IMG/VR virus record: IMGVR_UViG_3300012974_000540
Span: 1 to 64,000 of that record
Reading direction: 5' to 3' (one strand)
Source: a virus
Taxonomy: Duplodnaviria > Caudoviricetes
DNA length: 64,000 nt
Position numbers and translations under genes: made by a program. The notes beneath the pieces are model-generated. The model saw only the letters and a list, made by a program, of their open reading frames with translations. It ran no database searches and was not told where the DNA came from. Below are positions 52,443 through 63,047 of this stretch, piece after piece; within the stretch, counting starts at the first letter, position 1, and the number at the start of each line of letters is the position of its first letter.

Positions 52443-54068
52443 ATGCCCGACTTCCCAACCCACGCCACGCCGCCCGCTCAGCTGCGTCCGATCACCGGCC
52501 GGGAGGCCGAGATGATCCGCAACAAGGCAGGTGGATACAGTTTCGCCCTGACGCCCTGGGAGCGCCTGGAGCGCTTCCTCATCATGGGCAGCGAGAGCGG
52601 CAGCTACCGCGTCGGCGAGGATGACCTGACGCTGGAGGGCGCCCAGGCGGTGCAGCTCTGCCTCGTGATGGATGGCCCGGAGACGGTGCGCCGGGCGATG
52701 CGGGTGTATCAGGGCGAGGCGGTACCGAAGTGGAAGCCCGCCGTGTTCGCCCTGGCGGTCTGCTCCGTCCATGGGGCGCCCAAGGTCAAGGCGATGATGC
52801 GCCAGGCGGTGGCGAGGCTCCGCACCGCCGCCCACCTGCTGTTCTTCGTGCAGAGCTGCGACCAGCTCGGCAAGTGGCGGCGCTCGCTGCGCGCGGCCGT
52901 GCGGGCGTGGTTCGAGGCCCGCGACCCGGTCAAGCTCGCCCACCAGGCCCTGAAGTACCGCAGCCGCGATGGCTGGGCGCTGGTGGACGTGATGCGCATG
53001 GCCCACGTTCCGATGCGGGGCGACAAGGCGCCCATCGCCCAGTTCCTGCTCGGCAAGCCGCTCGCGGCCGACGCGCCCTCGATCCTGCGGGAATACGAGG
53101 CCATGCGACGCATCGCCACCGCGTCGGATGATCCCGCCGCGCCCCTGGGAGCGATGGCATGGGCGACGGTGCTGCCCCGCGAGGTGATGCCGACCGAGGT
53201 GCTGGCCCATCCGGCCTACTGGGCCCTGGTGGCGCCCAAGGCGCTGCCCCTGGAGGCCCTGCTCCGCAACCTCGCCACGATGTCGCGGCTTGGGGTGCTG
53301 TCGGACCCCGCCACGCTCGATGCGGTGGCCCGCCGCCTGGGCGACGCGGACGAGCTGCACAGGGCGCGGATTCACCCGGTCCAGCTCCTCATCGCCTTCC
53401 TGGTCTATCAGGCCGGCGGCGGTGGCGGGCGGTCGGCCCAGGAGCGCGAGGCGCTGCGCTTCGAGCCGGTGCCCCGCGTGCTGGAGATCCTCGAACGCGC
53501 CTTCTTCAAGATGCTCCAGGGCCGCCCCGCGGTGCGCCGCCGCATCCGGGTCGCCGTCGATGTCAGCACCTCCATGATGCAGGAGACCCTGGGGACGCCG
53601 ATGCGCTGCAAGGAGGCCGCCGCCGCCATCGGCCTCGCCTTCTATCGCAGCTGCGCCGCGGCCGAGATCGGTCTGTTCAACACCCGCTACCCGGCCGCGC
53701 GGGACGGGCAGGCGCCCTACCCCTTCCAGGTGACCCGCGGCTCCGGGCTGATGGACATCGTGCGCCAGGTCGAGCGTGCCAGCGGCGGCACCGACTGCGC
53801 GGCGCCCATCATCGAGGCCCAGGTGGGGCGCCGCAGCTTCGATGCCTTCGTCATCCTCTCCGACGGGGATAGCTGGGCAGGCCGGGACCATGTGGCGGTG
53901 GCGATGGACCGCTACCGCAAGACGGTGAACCCGGACGCCAAGCTGGTCCTGGTCTCGATGACGGGGGCGGGCACCGACCTGGTGGACCCGCTGGACCGCC
54001 AGGCGCTCGGCGTCGTCGGCTTCGACGGCTCGGTGCTGCGGGTGATCGAGGATTTCCTGGCCGGATAG
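52443..54068 (+). CDS. rsr: Ro60/Rsr TROVE-domain RNA-binding protein with a vWA domain
   Basis: N.AGGYSF, L.RFLI.GSE.G.Y, KYRSRDGW, ALLRNLATM, ARIHP, DVSTSM (MIDAS), GGTDC and GFD motifs. Confidence 0.93.
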   Translation: MPDFPTHATPPAQLRPITGREAEMIRNKAGGYSFALTPWERLERFLIMGSESGSYRVGEDDLTLEGAQAVQLCLVMDGPETVRRAMRVYQGEAVPKWKPAVFALAVCSVHGAPKVKAMMRQAVARLRTAAHLLFFVQSCDQLGKWRRSLRAAVRAWFEARDPVKLAHQALKYRSRDGWALVDVMRMAHVPMRGDKAPIAQFLLGKPLAADAPSILREYEAMRRIATASDDPAAPLGAMAWATVLPREVMPTEVLAHPAYWALVAPKALPLEALLRNLATMSRLGVLSDPATLDAVARRLGDADELHRARIHPVQLLIAFLVYQAGGGGGRSAQEREALRFEPVPRVLEILERAFFKMLQGRPAVRRRIRVAVDVSTSMMQETLGTPMRCKEAAAAIGLAFYRSCAAAEIGLFNTRYPAARDGQAPYPFQVTRGSGLMDIVRQVERASGGTDCAAPIIEAQVGRRSFDAFVILSDGDSWAGRDHVAVAMDRYRKTVNPDAKLVLVSMTGAGTDLVDPLDRQALGVVGFDGSVLRVIEDFLAG

Positions 54069-54091
54069 ACCATCCCGCCAGGGCGTGAAGC

Positions 54092-54123
54092 AAAGGCTCG
54101 GCCATTCGGTCGGGCCTTTTTTT
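54092..54123 (+). terminator. intrinsic terminator after the Ro60 gene
   Basis: aggctcggcc-attc-ggtcgggcct followed by a T-run. Confidence 0.8.
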
Positions 54124-54135
54124 ATGGAGGGCGCT

Positions 54136-54402
54136 GTGTCGTCAAAGGATACCTACCACGGGCTCGCGCCTGCCATGGTGAACACGCCCCGAGGGGCCTT
54201 TCCCATCGTCCCGAGCGACCATACGGACCTGCCCTTCGTCACGACCGCCCTCTGGGTCGGCATGCCGGGCAACCTGACTGTGCTGTTCGCCGGCGCCGCG
54301 GCGCCCGTGACGTTCCTGAACGTCCCCGTGGGCCGCTTCCCTGGCCGCTTCGTGCGCGTCCTCTCCGCCACCACGGCGACGGACCTCGTCGGGACTTACT
54401 GA
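54136..54402 (+). CDS. head spike base protein (GTA Rcc01079-like)
   Basis: I.PSD.TDL...T.ALWVG..GNL.V...VTF.NVP.G...RV...TTATDLVG. Confidence 0.7.
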   Translation: MSSKDTYHGLAPAMVNTPRGAFPIVPSDHTDLPFVTTALWVGMPGNLTVLFAGAAAPVTFLNVPVGRFPGRFVRVLSATTATDLVGTY

Positions 54403-54406
54403 GACC

Positions 54407-56119
54407 ATGCAAAACCCCAGCGAGCCCGGGCAGCCGCCCTACCGGGAGGCAGCGCGCGTGACCCCGATCGACCGTTCCCTGGTGGACCGGCTCCTGGGGG
54501 GCGCCCGCAACCTCTTCTCCCCTGAGCGTCCCCCGGCGGTGCAGCCGGCCGGGAGTGACAAGAAGGAACCCTGGTTCGGGCCTGGCCGCCCGCAGGTGCC
54601 GACCGCGCCGCGCGAGGATGTCGCCGGCCGCGCCTTCGACTTCCCGGTGGGCATCAACACCTATGCCCGCCCGCGCGCCCATGAGGGCGTCAGCTTCGAG
54701 CAGCTGCGCGCCCTGGCCGACAACTACGACCTGCTGCGGATCTGCATCGAGACCCGCAAGGACCAGATGGCGAACCTGGAATGGGCGATCCAGCCCAGGA
54801 AGCCGCCCGGCCAGTCGCACCGTCCGAAGCCCTCGCCCCGCTGCCAGGAGATCCAGCGGTTCTTCCGCAAGCCCGACCGGCACCACTCCTGGCAGGACTG
54901 GGTCCGCATCCTGGTGGAGGAGCAGATCGTCCTCGATGCCCCGGCGATCTACAAGCGGACCACCGTGGAGGGGAAACCCTGGGCGGCGGAGATCATCTCG
55001 GGCGACACCATCCAGCCCCTGATCGACGCCACCGGCCGCCGCCCCATGGCGCCCGACCCGGCTTATCAGCAGGTGCTGAAGGGGGGCGTGGCGGCCAGCT
55101 ACACCAACGACGAGCTGCTCTATGTCCCGCGCAACCCGAGGGCCAACAAGCTCTACGGCCTGGGGGTGGTGGAGCAGGTCATCGCCACGGTGAACATCGG
55201 CCTGCGGCGCGAGGTCGCCCAGCTCCACCATTTCACTGAGGGCAATGTCCCGGATGCCCTGATCGGCGTGCCCGAGACCTGGACGCCGATCCAGATCAAC
55301 GAGTTCCAGCGCTACTGGGACGCGCTGATGGCGAGCGAAGAGACGAAGCGGAAGGCGAAGTTCGTCCCAGGCGGCCTGAACTACCTGCCGACCCGCAATG
55401 ACGCGGCCCTGGTGGACCAGTTCGACGAGTGGCTGGCCCGGATCATCTGCTACGCGATGTCCCTGCCGCCCCTGCCCTTCGTGAAGACCTTCAACCGGGC
55501 GACCGCCCAGACCTCCTACGACACGGCCATGGAGGAGGGGCTCGCGCCCATGATGGCGTGGTTGAAGAACGCGATTGATGACCTGATCGCCGACTGGTTC
55601 GGGGAGCCGGATCTGGAGCTGGTCTGGGACAACATCCGCAAGCTCGACCCCACGGAGCAGAACCGCGAGAACCTGCAGCTCATGCAGAGGGGTGTCCGCT
55701 CCCTGGATGAGATCCGCGCCGACATGGGCGATGAGCCGCTGGGCCTCGGCCACATCATGTTCGGCGTCGGCCCGCTCGGCTTCATGTCCATCGCCGACAT
55801 GAAGCGCTGCATCGAGCAGGGCCTGACGATGCCGCAGAACCCCATGATGCCTCCGGAGATGGGCGGCATGCCCATGGGACCAGGGGGAATGCCCCAGGGT
55901 GGCGAGGCCGGGATGATCGACATGCTCCAGGGGGTGGACCCCGCCCTGCTGCACACCGTGGGCCTCAGCCCCGAGGGGAGCCTCCTCGAACCCGCCGACG
56001 ACGACGACGAGGACCTCACCGCCGAGGAAGCCCTGCCTGGGAGCGTCCATCCCGAGGTGTCCCGCACCCTGAACGAAGTGGAGAGCCGCCTTGGCTTCAC
56101 CGACGCTCGCGCTCCTTGA
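54407..56119 (+). CDS. phage portal protein
   Basis: SFEQLRALAD.YD.LR.CIETRKDQ, YVPRNPR..K.YG, F.EGNVP and DEWLARIICYA motifs. Confidence 0.88.
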   Translation: MQNPSEPGQPPYREAARVTPIDRSLVDRLLGGARNLFSPERPPAVQPAGSDKKEPWFGPGRPQVPTAPREDVAGRAFDFPVGINTYARPRAHEGVSFEQLRALADNYDLLRICIETRKDQMANLEWAIQPRKPPGQSHRPKPSPRCQEIQRFFRKPDRHHSWQDWVRILVEEQIVLDAPAIYKRTTVEGKPWAAEIISGDTIQPLIDATGRRPMAPDPAYQQVLKGGVAASYTNDELLYVPRNPRANKLYGLGVVEQVIATVNIGLRREVAQLHHFTEGNVPDALIGVPETWTPIQINEFQRYWDALMASEETKRKAKFVPGGLNYLPTRNDAALVDQFDEWLARIICYAMSLPPLPFVKTFNRATAQTSYDTAMEEGLAPMMAWLKNAIDDLIADWFGEPDLELVWDNIRKLDPTEQNRENLQLMQRGVRSLDEIRADMGDEPLGLGHIMFGVGPLGFMSIADMKRCIEQGLTMPQNPMMPPEMGGMPMGPGGMPQGGEAGMIDMLQGVDPALLHTVGLSPEGSLLEPADDDDEDLTAEEALPGSVHPEVSRTLNEVESRLGFTDARAP

Positions 56120-56336
56120 GCTGGAACGCTTCCACGCCACCCTGGGGGCGGCCATCACCGACCTCACGCGGGAGATCGATGAACTGGAGGAGCTGGGGGA
56201 GGTCTGGCTCCGCTGTGAGGTGCGCCTCCCATCGGGGCGCCTGGCCTGCCACGACGTCCTGCGTAGCGATCTGGTCCGCTCCCTGTCCCGAACACGCGCT
56301 CGCTTCATGAGTGCCATGGAGAGCGCACAAGCATGA
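56091..56336 (+). CDS. hypothetical protein
   Basis: ATGA overlap with the next gene. Confidence 0.45.
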   Translation: MASPTLALLELERFHATLGAAITDLTREIDELEELGEVWLRCEVRLPSGRLACHDVLRSDLVRSLSRTRARFMSAMESAQA

Positions 56337-58234
56337 ACATCGAGCAGGGGGCCATGCAGAAGGCCCTGGTGCTGGCCGGGAGCGTCCTGGCGAAGGGTGG
56401 AGACACCTCCAGGGGTGTCCCCACCCCTGTCTCCACCCCTGTCCCCACCCTCCTGTCCCCAGGCGTGAATCACCGCAAGGACTTAGGGAATCAGGAAGGT
56501 GGGGCCGGTGACTCTTTCGACTCACTCGGGGCCTCGCGCGTCTGGGGTGTCCCCACGCCTGTCCCCGGTGTCTCCACTGTCCCCACCGGCCTGATCGACG
56601 CGCTCGGGGGCTGGCTCGGGAAGTCGGAGATCCTGGCCGAGCTGGGGAAGGCAGACACGGCGACCCGGCAGCTCAGCGACAAGGAGCGCGAGCAGCGGCG
56701 TGCGGCGGCCAAGGCGCGCTGGGCGAAGTACCGGGGCCAGGCCGCGACGGCCGGGATGGCGCCGGTGCGGATCGGTGGCGACGAGGGGCGGCAGCTTCCG
56801 GGTGGGCCTGGGCGGCGGATGACCTCCTCGCTCTACGGCCAGTACCGGGCGCACAAGGACGCCGAGTTCGCGGACGTGAAGCCGGAGGGCGGGCGCGCGG
56901 GCTTCAAGACCTTCGGCTTCCAGCCGCAGCGGCCCAAGGGCATGAGCGAGGAGAGCTACACGCAGCTCGCCACGGCGGCCGGGCGGACGGTGAAGGGCCT
57001 GCGCGAGCAGATCGCGGCGAAGGCGCAGGAGCGGCGGCTGATCCCCGAGGGGACCACCAGCCGGGATTACCGGGCGGCGCTCTCCCACGCCCAGCGGCTC
57101 GCGCTGCATGACGTGGGCCTGGGTTCCTATGACTTCCGCATGGAGGACGAGGCGAAGGGGCGGATGAAGCCCCTGGAGCCCTTCATCCGCTACGCCCGGC
57201 GGCGCACCTACTCGGCGCTGCGGGACGAGCACAAGGGCACCTGGCAGCAGTTCAAGGCGGAGTTCGGCCAGGAGTTCGCCGACCGGCGCGTTGACCTGGA
57301 AGGCAACGTCCGGCGGCGCTTCTACCCGCACATGGAGCTGGTGAGGTCCGAACCTTCGGACCTCCTGAGCTCCGAAGGTTCGGACCTCGGCAAGCGCGTC
57401 CTCACCGACAAGGAGCGGGAGCAGCGGCGCGCGGCGGCCAAGGCCCGGTGGGGCAACCAGCCCCGGAGTGACTATTCGCCGAAGCGCCAGCTGCTCATGC
57501 AGCGCTACGGCATGACCGAGAGCGTGGCGAACGCGGTGGGTGGGCGCTTCAGCGGCAAGTCCCGCCTCTCGGTCGGCGCCGAGGCGGAGGGCAGCTTGCT
57601 CCAGGGCCTCTATGCCCCTGGGGCCTCGGGCGCGGCGCAGGGCCGCAACATCCTCGGCCGCGGGTATGATCGCACCATGAACTCGTTCATGGGGACCGTC
57701 CTGACCGGGACGCGGCGCAACAGCGGGCGGGCGCATGTGGCGCGCCAGCTCTCCGACAGCCGCAGCCCCTACTCCAGCCCGGAGCATTATGGGGCCGGGC
57801 TGCCCTCCGCCCACGGCCGCCGCGTGGCCGAGAAGGAGATCGCGCGGCATGAGGTTGGGCACCTGCTCGACCTCTCCACGGGGCGGAAGCCCGCCTCGCG
57901 CACCGGGCAGTTCCTGGATGGGATGCGCCGGGATAGCCGCAGGGTCATGGAAGGCTTCCTGCGCCAGAACCCCGCGTACAAGGCCCATACGAGCGTCGGG
58001 GCGGCCGTGAAGCCGCTCGGCACCAAGGCCGCGCATGTGGTGAAGATCGTGTCGGAGACCGGGGCCGAGGCGGCGCGCGCCGCCATGAAGTCGCCCGCGG
58101 GCCAGGTCTCCTCCGCGCTGCAGGACCCGAAGACCATCGGCAACGCCAGCCGCACCATGGCGCGCATCATGCTTCGACGCGGCATCCGTCTCGGCAAGGC
58201 CGAGGACGCGGACCTTCTGGAGGACACCCAGTGA
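56333..58234 (+). CDS. basic head-associated protein with duplicated L.DKEREQRRAAAKARW motif and HExxH
   Basis: Motif occurs twice; ARHEVGHLLD; follows the portal gene. Confidence 0.6.
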   Translation: MNIEQGAMQKALVLAGSVLAKGGDTSRGVPTPVSTPVPTLLSPGVNHRKDLGNQEGGAGDSFDSLGASRVWGVPTPVPGVSTVPTGLIDALGGWLGKSEILAELGKADTATRQLSDKEREQRRAAAKARWAKYRGQAATAGMAPVRIGGDEGRQLPGGPGRRMTSSLYGQYRAHKDAEFADVKPEGGRAGFKTFGFQPQRPKGMSEESYTQLATAAGRTVKGLREQIAAKAQERRLIPEGTTSRDYRAALSHAQRLALHDVGLGSYDFRMEDEAKGRMKPLEPFIRYARRRTYSALRDEHKGTWQQFKAEFGQEFADRRVDLEGNVRRRFYPHMELVRSEPSDLLSSEGSDLGKRVLTDKEREQRRAAAKARWGNQPRSDYSPKRQLLMQRYGMTESVANAVGGRFSGKSRLSVGAEAEGSLLQGLYAPGASGAAQGRNILGRGYDRTMNSFMGTVLTGTRRNSGRAHVARQLSDSRSPYSSPEHYGAGLPSAHGRRVAEKEIARHEVGHLLDLSTGRKPASRTGQFLDGMRRDSRRVMEGFLRQNPAYKAHTSVGAAVKPLGTKAAHVVKIVSETGAEAARAAMKSPAGQVSSALQDPKTIGNASRTMARIMLRRGIRLGKAEDADLLEDTQ

Positions 58235-58821
58235 CCGGCAGCGACGCCTTCACGGCCCACGACAAGACGCTCGGCGTCAGCATTTCCCCAGGATATCGAG
58301 CCATGATTGCGCGCGACCCCGACCTCTACCTCTCCATCCCGCCGAGGGTGGCGGTGGCCCGCTCGAAGGAGACGGGGCTGGTCTATGCCAGCGGGCCCAA
58401 GGTGGCGGTGGCGCGCACGGAGGGGTTGGAGATCCGCGAGGTCAAGCCGGTTTCCGATCCAGAAATCCCGCAAAAGTCCTCGGCCCTGACCGGCCTGCGG
58501 CACAACGCGGGCAAGCCTCGGGTGGATCTCGTGGCTCCGTCGATCATGACGGCCATCGCGGCGGTGGCGGCGTTCGGGGCGGAGAAATACGCGGCCCGGA
58601 ACTGGGAAAAGGGGATGGAATACGGGAAGGTCTATGCCTCCCTGATGCGCCACCTCATGGCCTGGTGGCAGGGGGAGGAGGTGGATGCCGAGAGCGGCCT
58701 GCCGCACCTCCACCACGTCGCCTGGAACGTGCAGGCCCTGGTGGAATACGACCGCCGCCTGAAGGCTGGCACGCTGCCTGCTGAGGTTGATGACCGCCCG
58801 CACAAGGCGCTGTCGGCCTGA
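58231..58821 (+). CDS. dATP/dGTP diphosphohydrolase domain protein (DUF5664)
   Basis: G.R.N.GKPR.DL, FGAEKY..RNWEKG, LMRHL..W..GE..D.ESGLPHL.H.AWN. Confidence 0.85.
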   Translation: MTGSDAFTAHDKTLGVSISPGYRAMIARDPDLYLSIPPRVAVARSKETGLVYASGPKVAVARTEGLEIREVKPVSDPEIPQKSSALTGLRHNAGKPRVDLVAPSIMTAIAAVAAFGAEKYAARNWEKGMEYGKVYASLMRHLMAWWQGEEVDAESGLPHLHHVAWNVQALVEYDRRLKAGTLPAEVDDRPHKALSA

Positions 58822-59498
58822 AGCGAAGAACCCCACCCCCTCGGAGGAGAGCGTCAGGTGGGGTGGGGTTCCCGTTCGCTGCCTTGGGTCTGAGTACCCA
58901 GGGCAATCATACACGCCGAGGTTGTGGCTCCAAGCCCGAAGTCGCATTCATCGGCATGGGAGCCTCCGCCTCCGGCTCGGGGAACAGCAGGGCCTTCGCG
59001 GCCTCGGACACCTCCATCATGTCCACCTCCTGGGGCGGGATGCCCTGGAGGGCCGCGCGCCGCTCCACCAGGCGATGCTCCAGGGCCTGGAAGATCGGCA
59101 TGAGGACGCGCTCATGCGCGAGTGCGGATCGGTAGCGCTTCTTGTGCGCGGCGTGGATCTCGTGAACCAGCCGCCGCACGATCTTGTCGTCCTTGTCCCG
59201 AGCCGGCAGTCCGAGTTGCAGCATGGGGCGTCCTCTCTGTGGAGGGGGGGAGCCTCACGCGATGCGGGCCATGCCGTCAATCACTGGTGTGGCGCGCGAG
59301 TTCCCTCGCATGCCGATACCGCCGTTTTGCCCCTGGTTCCACGCCGCCCAGTTCAAGCCCTGGCAACATGTCGGGCTGAATGTGGCGGCCCTTGACTGCC
59401 TCTGGTCCGCATCCGGTAAGCGTGGATTATCGCATGTTATCGGCGCTGACCCGCCCCCCGAAAAAATAATCCCATCCCGCCTGGAAAGGCCCCCGCCG

Positions 59499-60762
59499 AT
59501 GACCCCAGCCTCCCTGTCGGCCGCCTTCGCGGTCGGCTTCATGCTGATGTCCATGCTCAGTGGCGCCATCACCCTGCGGACCCAGCACGAGATGCTGCGC
59601 GCCGTGACGCTGATGGCCCTGGTCTTCGCCTTCATGATGGCGATCAAGGCGATCCGGCTCCTGGGCGTGGAGCTGGGCCTGTGAGCGGGGGCGACATGCT
59701 CGACCAGATCGGGGGCATGATCTCGGCGGTGGTGGTCTCGCTCGGCCCGCTCGGCTGGTTCGCGGTGGCGATCTGCGGCTACCTCGCCTTCAACTGGCTC
59801 TCCGACGTGGCGTGGTCCAGGGCGCGCCACCGCCTCCGGGCCCTGCGGCGGGCGCGGCGCCCGAAGCTCCCGCCCCTGCCCAGCACCACCCTGCGGTCCG
59901 CCGACGACGCCACCGACCGCATCCGGGCCGCCGTGGTGGCGTTCAACGCCGCCGCCCGCGAGGCCATGCAGCTCGGCCTGGTGGTCGAGCTTTACGCGCA
60001 GACGGGCGCACGACCGGGCGTGAAGCCCGCCGCCCCGCGCCTCTCCGTCGAGATACTGGAGCGGCGGTGAGGGAGCGCGGCGTGATGCAATTCGCTCTCC
60101 CCTGGGTGCTCTACCTGCTGGCCGTCCTGGCGATCTTCTACCTGCCCTGACGGGCGCTCGACGGGGGCCGGAGGCGGCCTCCACAGGAAACCCCCTGCCA
60201 TGATGACTGTTTCCCTTGTGATGCTGTCCCTGAGCTTCAGCGGCGTGTTCGTGGCGCTCTGCCACGAGCGCATCCTCCGCGAGCTGCCCTCGCCGTGGCT
60301 ACGCCGCGCCTGCATTGCCCTCGCCGTGCCGTGCCTCACCGTGGGCGCCTGCGTGGCGGCGGTCCTGGCCGCCCCGGCCATCGGCCTCTGGATCACCTGG
60401 GTCGCGGTGTCGGCCCTGAGCCGCGTCGGGTCGGCGTGAGCGCGGTGCGGGATCTCGATGTCGTCGCCCGCGCCAAGGCGCTGCCCGGCTTCGGGGTGCT
60501 GCGGCAGGGCAAGGGCGTGGTGCCGCACCATCCCGGCATCGTCCCCGAATTGGTGGCCGAGGTGGAGCGGCTGCGCGAGGAGCTGGCGGGCGAGCAGCGC
60601 CTGACGTCGCGCGACCCCGACCTCGACCTGGCGCTGCTGGACCGCGCCCATGAGCGCCTGCTGCGGCTCTGGCAGGCGGCCTTGCGCGCGGAGCGGCAGG
60701 ACGAGGCGGACGAACTGGAAGCCCTGCTGGTGGCCTCTGGCTATGGTTGGCCCCCGCGGTAG
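59499..60762 (+). CDS. cluster of small membrane/hypothetical genes (59499-59684, 59681-60070, 60200-60439, 60436-60762)
   Basis: Two GTGA-coupled ORF pairs with hydrophobic segments. Confidence 0.5.
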
Positions 60763-60901
60763 GCATCATCGCCTTGCGGGTGTTGTGGCATTCGGGCACT
60801 CTCGGCTCCGGTGCTTTGGTGCCTGGGCGCCGATCATCTGCCGTATGGCCCTCGCTGCGTTGCACCGCAGCGGGGGTCGCTTGATTCAAGGAGGGCAGTC
60901 G

Positions 60902-61582
60902 ATGCCGCCTGATGCCAGCCAGCCGGATCGCTCCGGGCCGGAAACCGCGCCGCCTTCCGTCCTCGCGGATGCGTATGACCACGTCACCGCCGCGATTGCG
61001 GAAGCGCGCGCCCTCGCGCCCGAGGGTGACGAGGCGGTGGCCTTCGATGTGAGTGCCGGCATCATGTCGGCTGGCGTCTCCGCCATCGCCGGGGAGCTGA
61101 AGCACATGAACCTGGATGCCGGTGCGAAGAAGTACGCGGCGCAGGTGATCGCTCAGCAGGTGATCCAGCGGATGGATCTGGAGAAGCGCCTGATCAGCAT
61201 CCAGAACCAGTGGATGCAGGAGGACAGCAGGGACGCCCTCGCTGCCATCCGCCAGCTCGACGCGGAGGAGGCGGAGGAGGCGGAGGCCATGGATGCGTCC
61301 GCCGAGGGCATCGTGGCCCAGATGACGGCGAATGCCGAGGTGCGGCGAGAGGCCCGCCTCTTCAACCTCATCATGGCGACCATCGAGGCGGAGGACGCGC
61401 GGGACATCGCCATCCCGATCCTGGTGAATGCCCTGGCCTTCCACCTGTCCCGGAACAGCAGGACGATCCGCGAGGGCCAGGACGCCGTGCATGACGTGGC
61501 CGCGTCCATGCGGCAGATCATCCGCGAGCACTGGGACGATGTTCACTACACGCCGCCCGCCGCCGCCGGAGCGGACCTCTGA
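60902..61582 (+). CDS. acidic helical hypothetical protein
   Basis: AGGAGG RBS then MPPDAS. Confidence 0.65.
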   Translation: MPPDASQPDRSGPETAPPSVLADAYDHVTAAIAEARALAPEGDEAVAFDVSAGIMSAGVSAIAGELKHMNLDAGAKKYAAQVIAQQVIQRMDLEKRLISIQNQWMQEDSRDALAAIRQLDAEEAEEAEAMDASAEGIVAQMTANAEVRREARLFNLIMATIEAEDARDIAIPILVNALAFHLSRNSRTIREGQDAVHDVAASMRQIIREHWDDVHYTPPAAAGADL

Positions 61583-62223
61583 TGTCGGACGTGAAGCCGC
61601 AGGGGGCGCCTATGATCGGGCCGGCGGAGGAGCTGCGGACCGAGATCGACGAGCGCGAGAGGGAGTTGGCGCAGCGGGAGGCGCTGGACGGCCCGTTCGA
61701 TGACGTGCTGGACGCGGCGATGGATCTCTCCGATGCCGAAGTGGTTCTGGCCTGCTCCACCCTGCTGGGCCAGATAGCGGCCCGCCGCTGCCAGTCGGAC
61801 GCTGACACCAACGCGGTGCTCGATCTCTTGCGCGATGAGATCGAGGAGGCGGTGCATGGCGAGCGGGATCTGGATGAGCAGTTCGGGCTTGATGAGGGCC
61901 AGGACGCCGCCGGGCCGCAAGTCCCGCCGTCAGGCGAGGGCGATACCTCCGACCAGGAGGGAGAGGATGAGGCGGATCAGGAGAGCGTCGAGCAGCTCGA
62001 CAGCATGATTTGCTTCACCCGGATGATGGTGCTGTTGCAGGAGGAGGAGATGCATGTGGGGCTCGCCGCCCTGGTGGCGGTCACTGCCGAATACCTGTCC
62101 CTTGGCGCGGCCTCGCAGGAGAGAGCCCTGGACGGGGTGGATGAGATGGCAGAGCAGATCAAGGCAGCCATCAAGGATCGGGCCGCGCAGCGGCGGCCTT
62201 CCGCGTCCCAGATCCGGCACTGA
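61582..62223 (+). CDS. acidic helical hypothetical protein
   Basis: TGATG coupling. Confidence 0.65.
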   Translation: MSDVKPQGAPMIGPAEELRTEIDERERELAQREALDGPFDDVLDAAMDLSDAEVVLACSTLLGQIAARRCQSDADTNAVLDLLRDEIEEAVHGERDLDEQFGLDEGQDAAGPQVPPSGEGDTSDQEGEDEADQESVEQLDSMICFTRMMVLLQEEEMHVGLAALVAVTAEYLSLGAASQERALDGVDEMAEQIKAAIKDRAAQRRPSASQIRH

Positions 62224-63035
62224 TGCGGCCGCCGCGCAATCCGTCTCCATCCGATAACACTCCGTTACCGGATGGAATCAGGTTCTCGTCCGAAATGCAG
62301 GTGCTCGCGCAGGCACCGTGGTTCACCCGCGCCTATGAGATGGCGGCCGCCGCGGCGCGTATCCTGGAGGAGAATGGTGTGTCCGACAGCATGACCATCG
62401 CCCTGGGGGGCCGCTGGCACCTCATGCAGACCGCGCGCCCGCTGGCCCGCGATGAGTGACGACGCGAATCCCGGCGTGCCGCGCCGCCGCCCCGACATCA
62501 CCTTCGCCATCGAGCTGGACCCGGTGGAGCTGACGTGCCGCATCGGGGAGGCGATCACGGGCCGCAAGCGCCCGCCCGGCCTGAACGCCGAAGAAGCCCT
62601 GTCGCTCTATCCCGACGACCTGCGGAACGTGATGGAGGACGCCGCCATCACCGCCCTCGAATACCTGCGCGATCAGGTCCAGCACACGCAGCGGCTCCTG
62701 TGACGGGCACGCCGGGCTATCGCATCCTGCGCATGTCGCTGGTCGATGCGGGCTTCTCCTGCACCTGCGGCATGCACTGGAACGCCCCGCTCCTCCAGAG
62801 CTGCCCCGTGGATGTCTTTGTGGCGGCCACGCAGGGGGTTTGGTGCCCGCGCTGCGGCCGAGGCCCCCGGCATCTCGTCGTGGGGCCTGTGCATGACCAG
62901 GCGGCCTGCGAGCGCGCCCAGTCGATGCCGCAGCCGGACTCCGAGGAGCGCGCCTTGATCGAGGTGGATCTGAAGCGCGACCGCGAGCTGGAGGATGCCG
63001 AGCGTCGGAAAGAGGACGACGAGTATGGTGAGTAA
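62223..63035 (+). CDS. three coupled small hypothetical genes (62223-62459, 62452-62703, 62700-63035; the last has a C.CG..CPRCG zinc ribbon)
   Basis: Overlapping start/stop codons. Confidence 0.55.
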
Positions 63036-63047
63036 TGGGGCGGGGTG

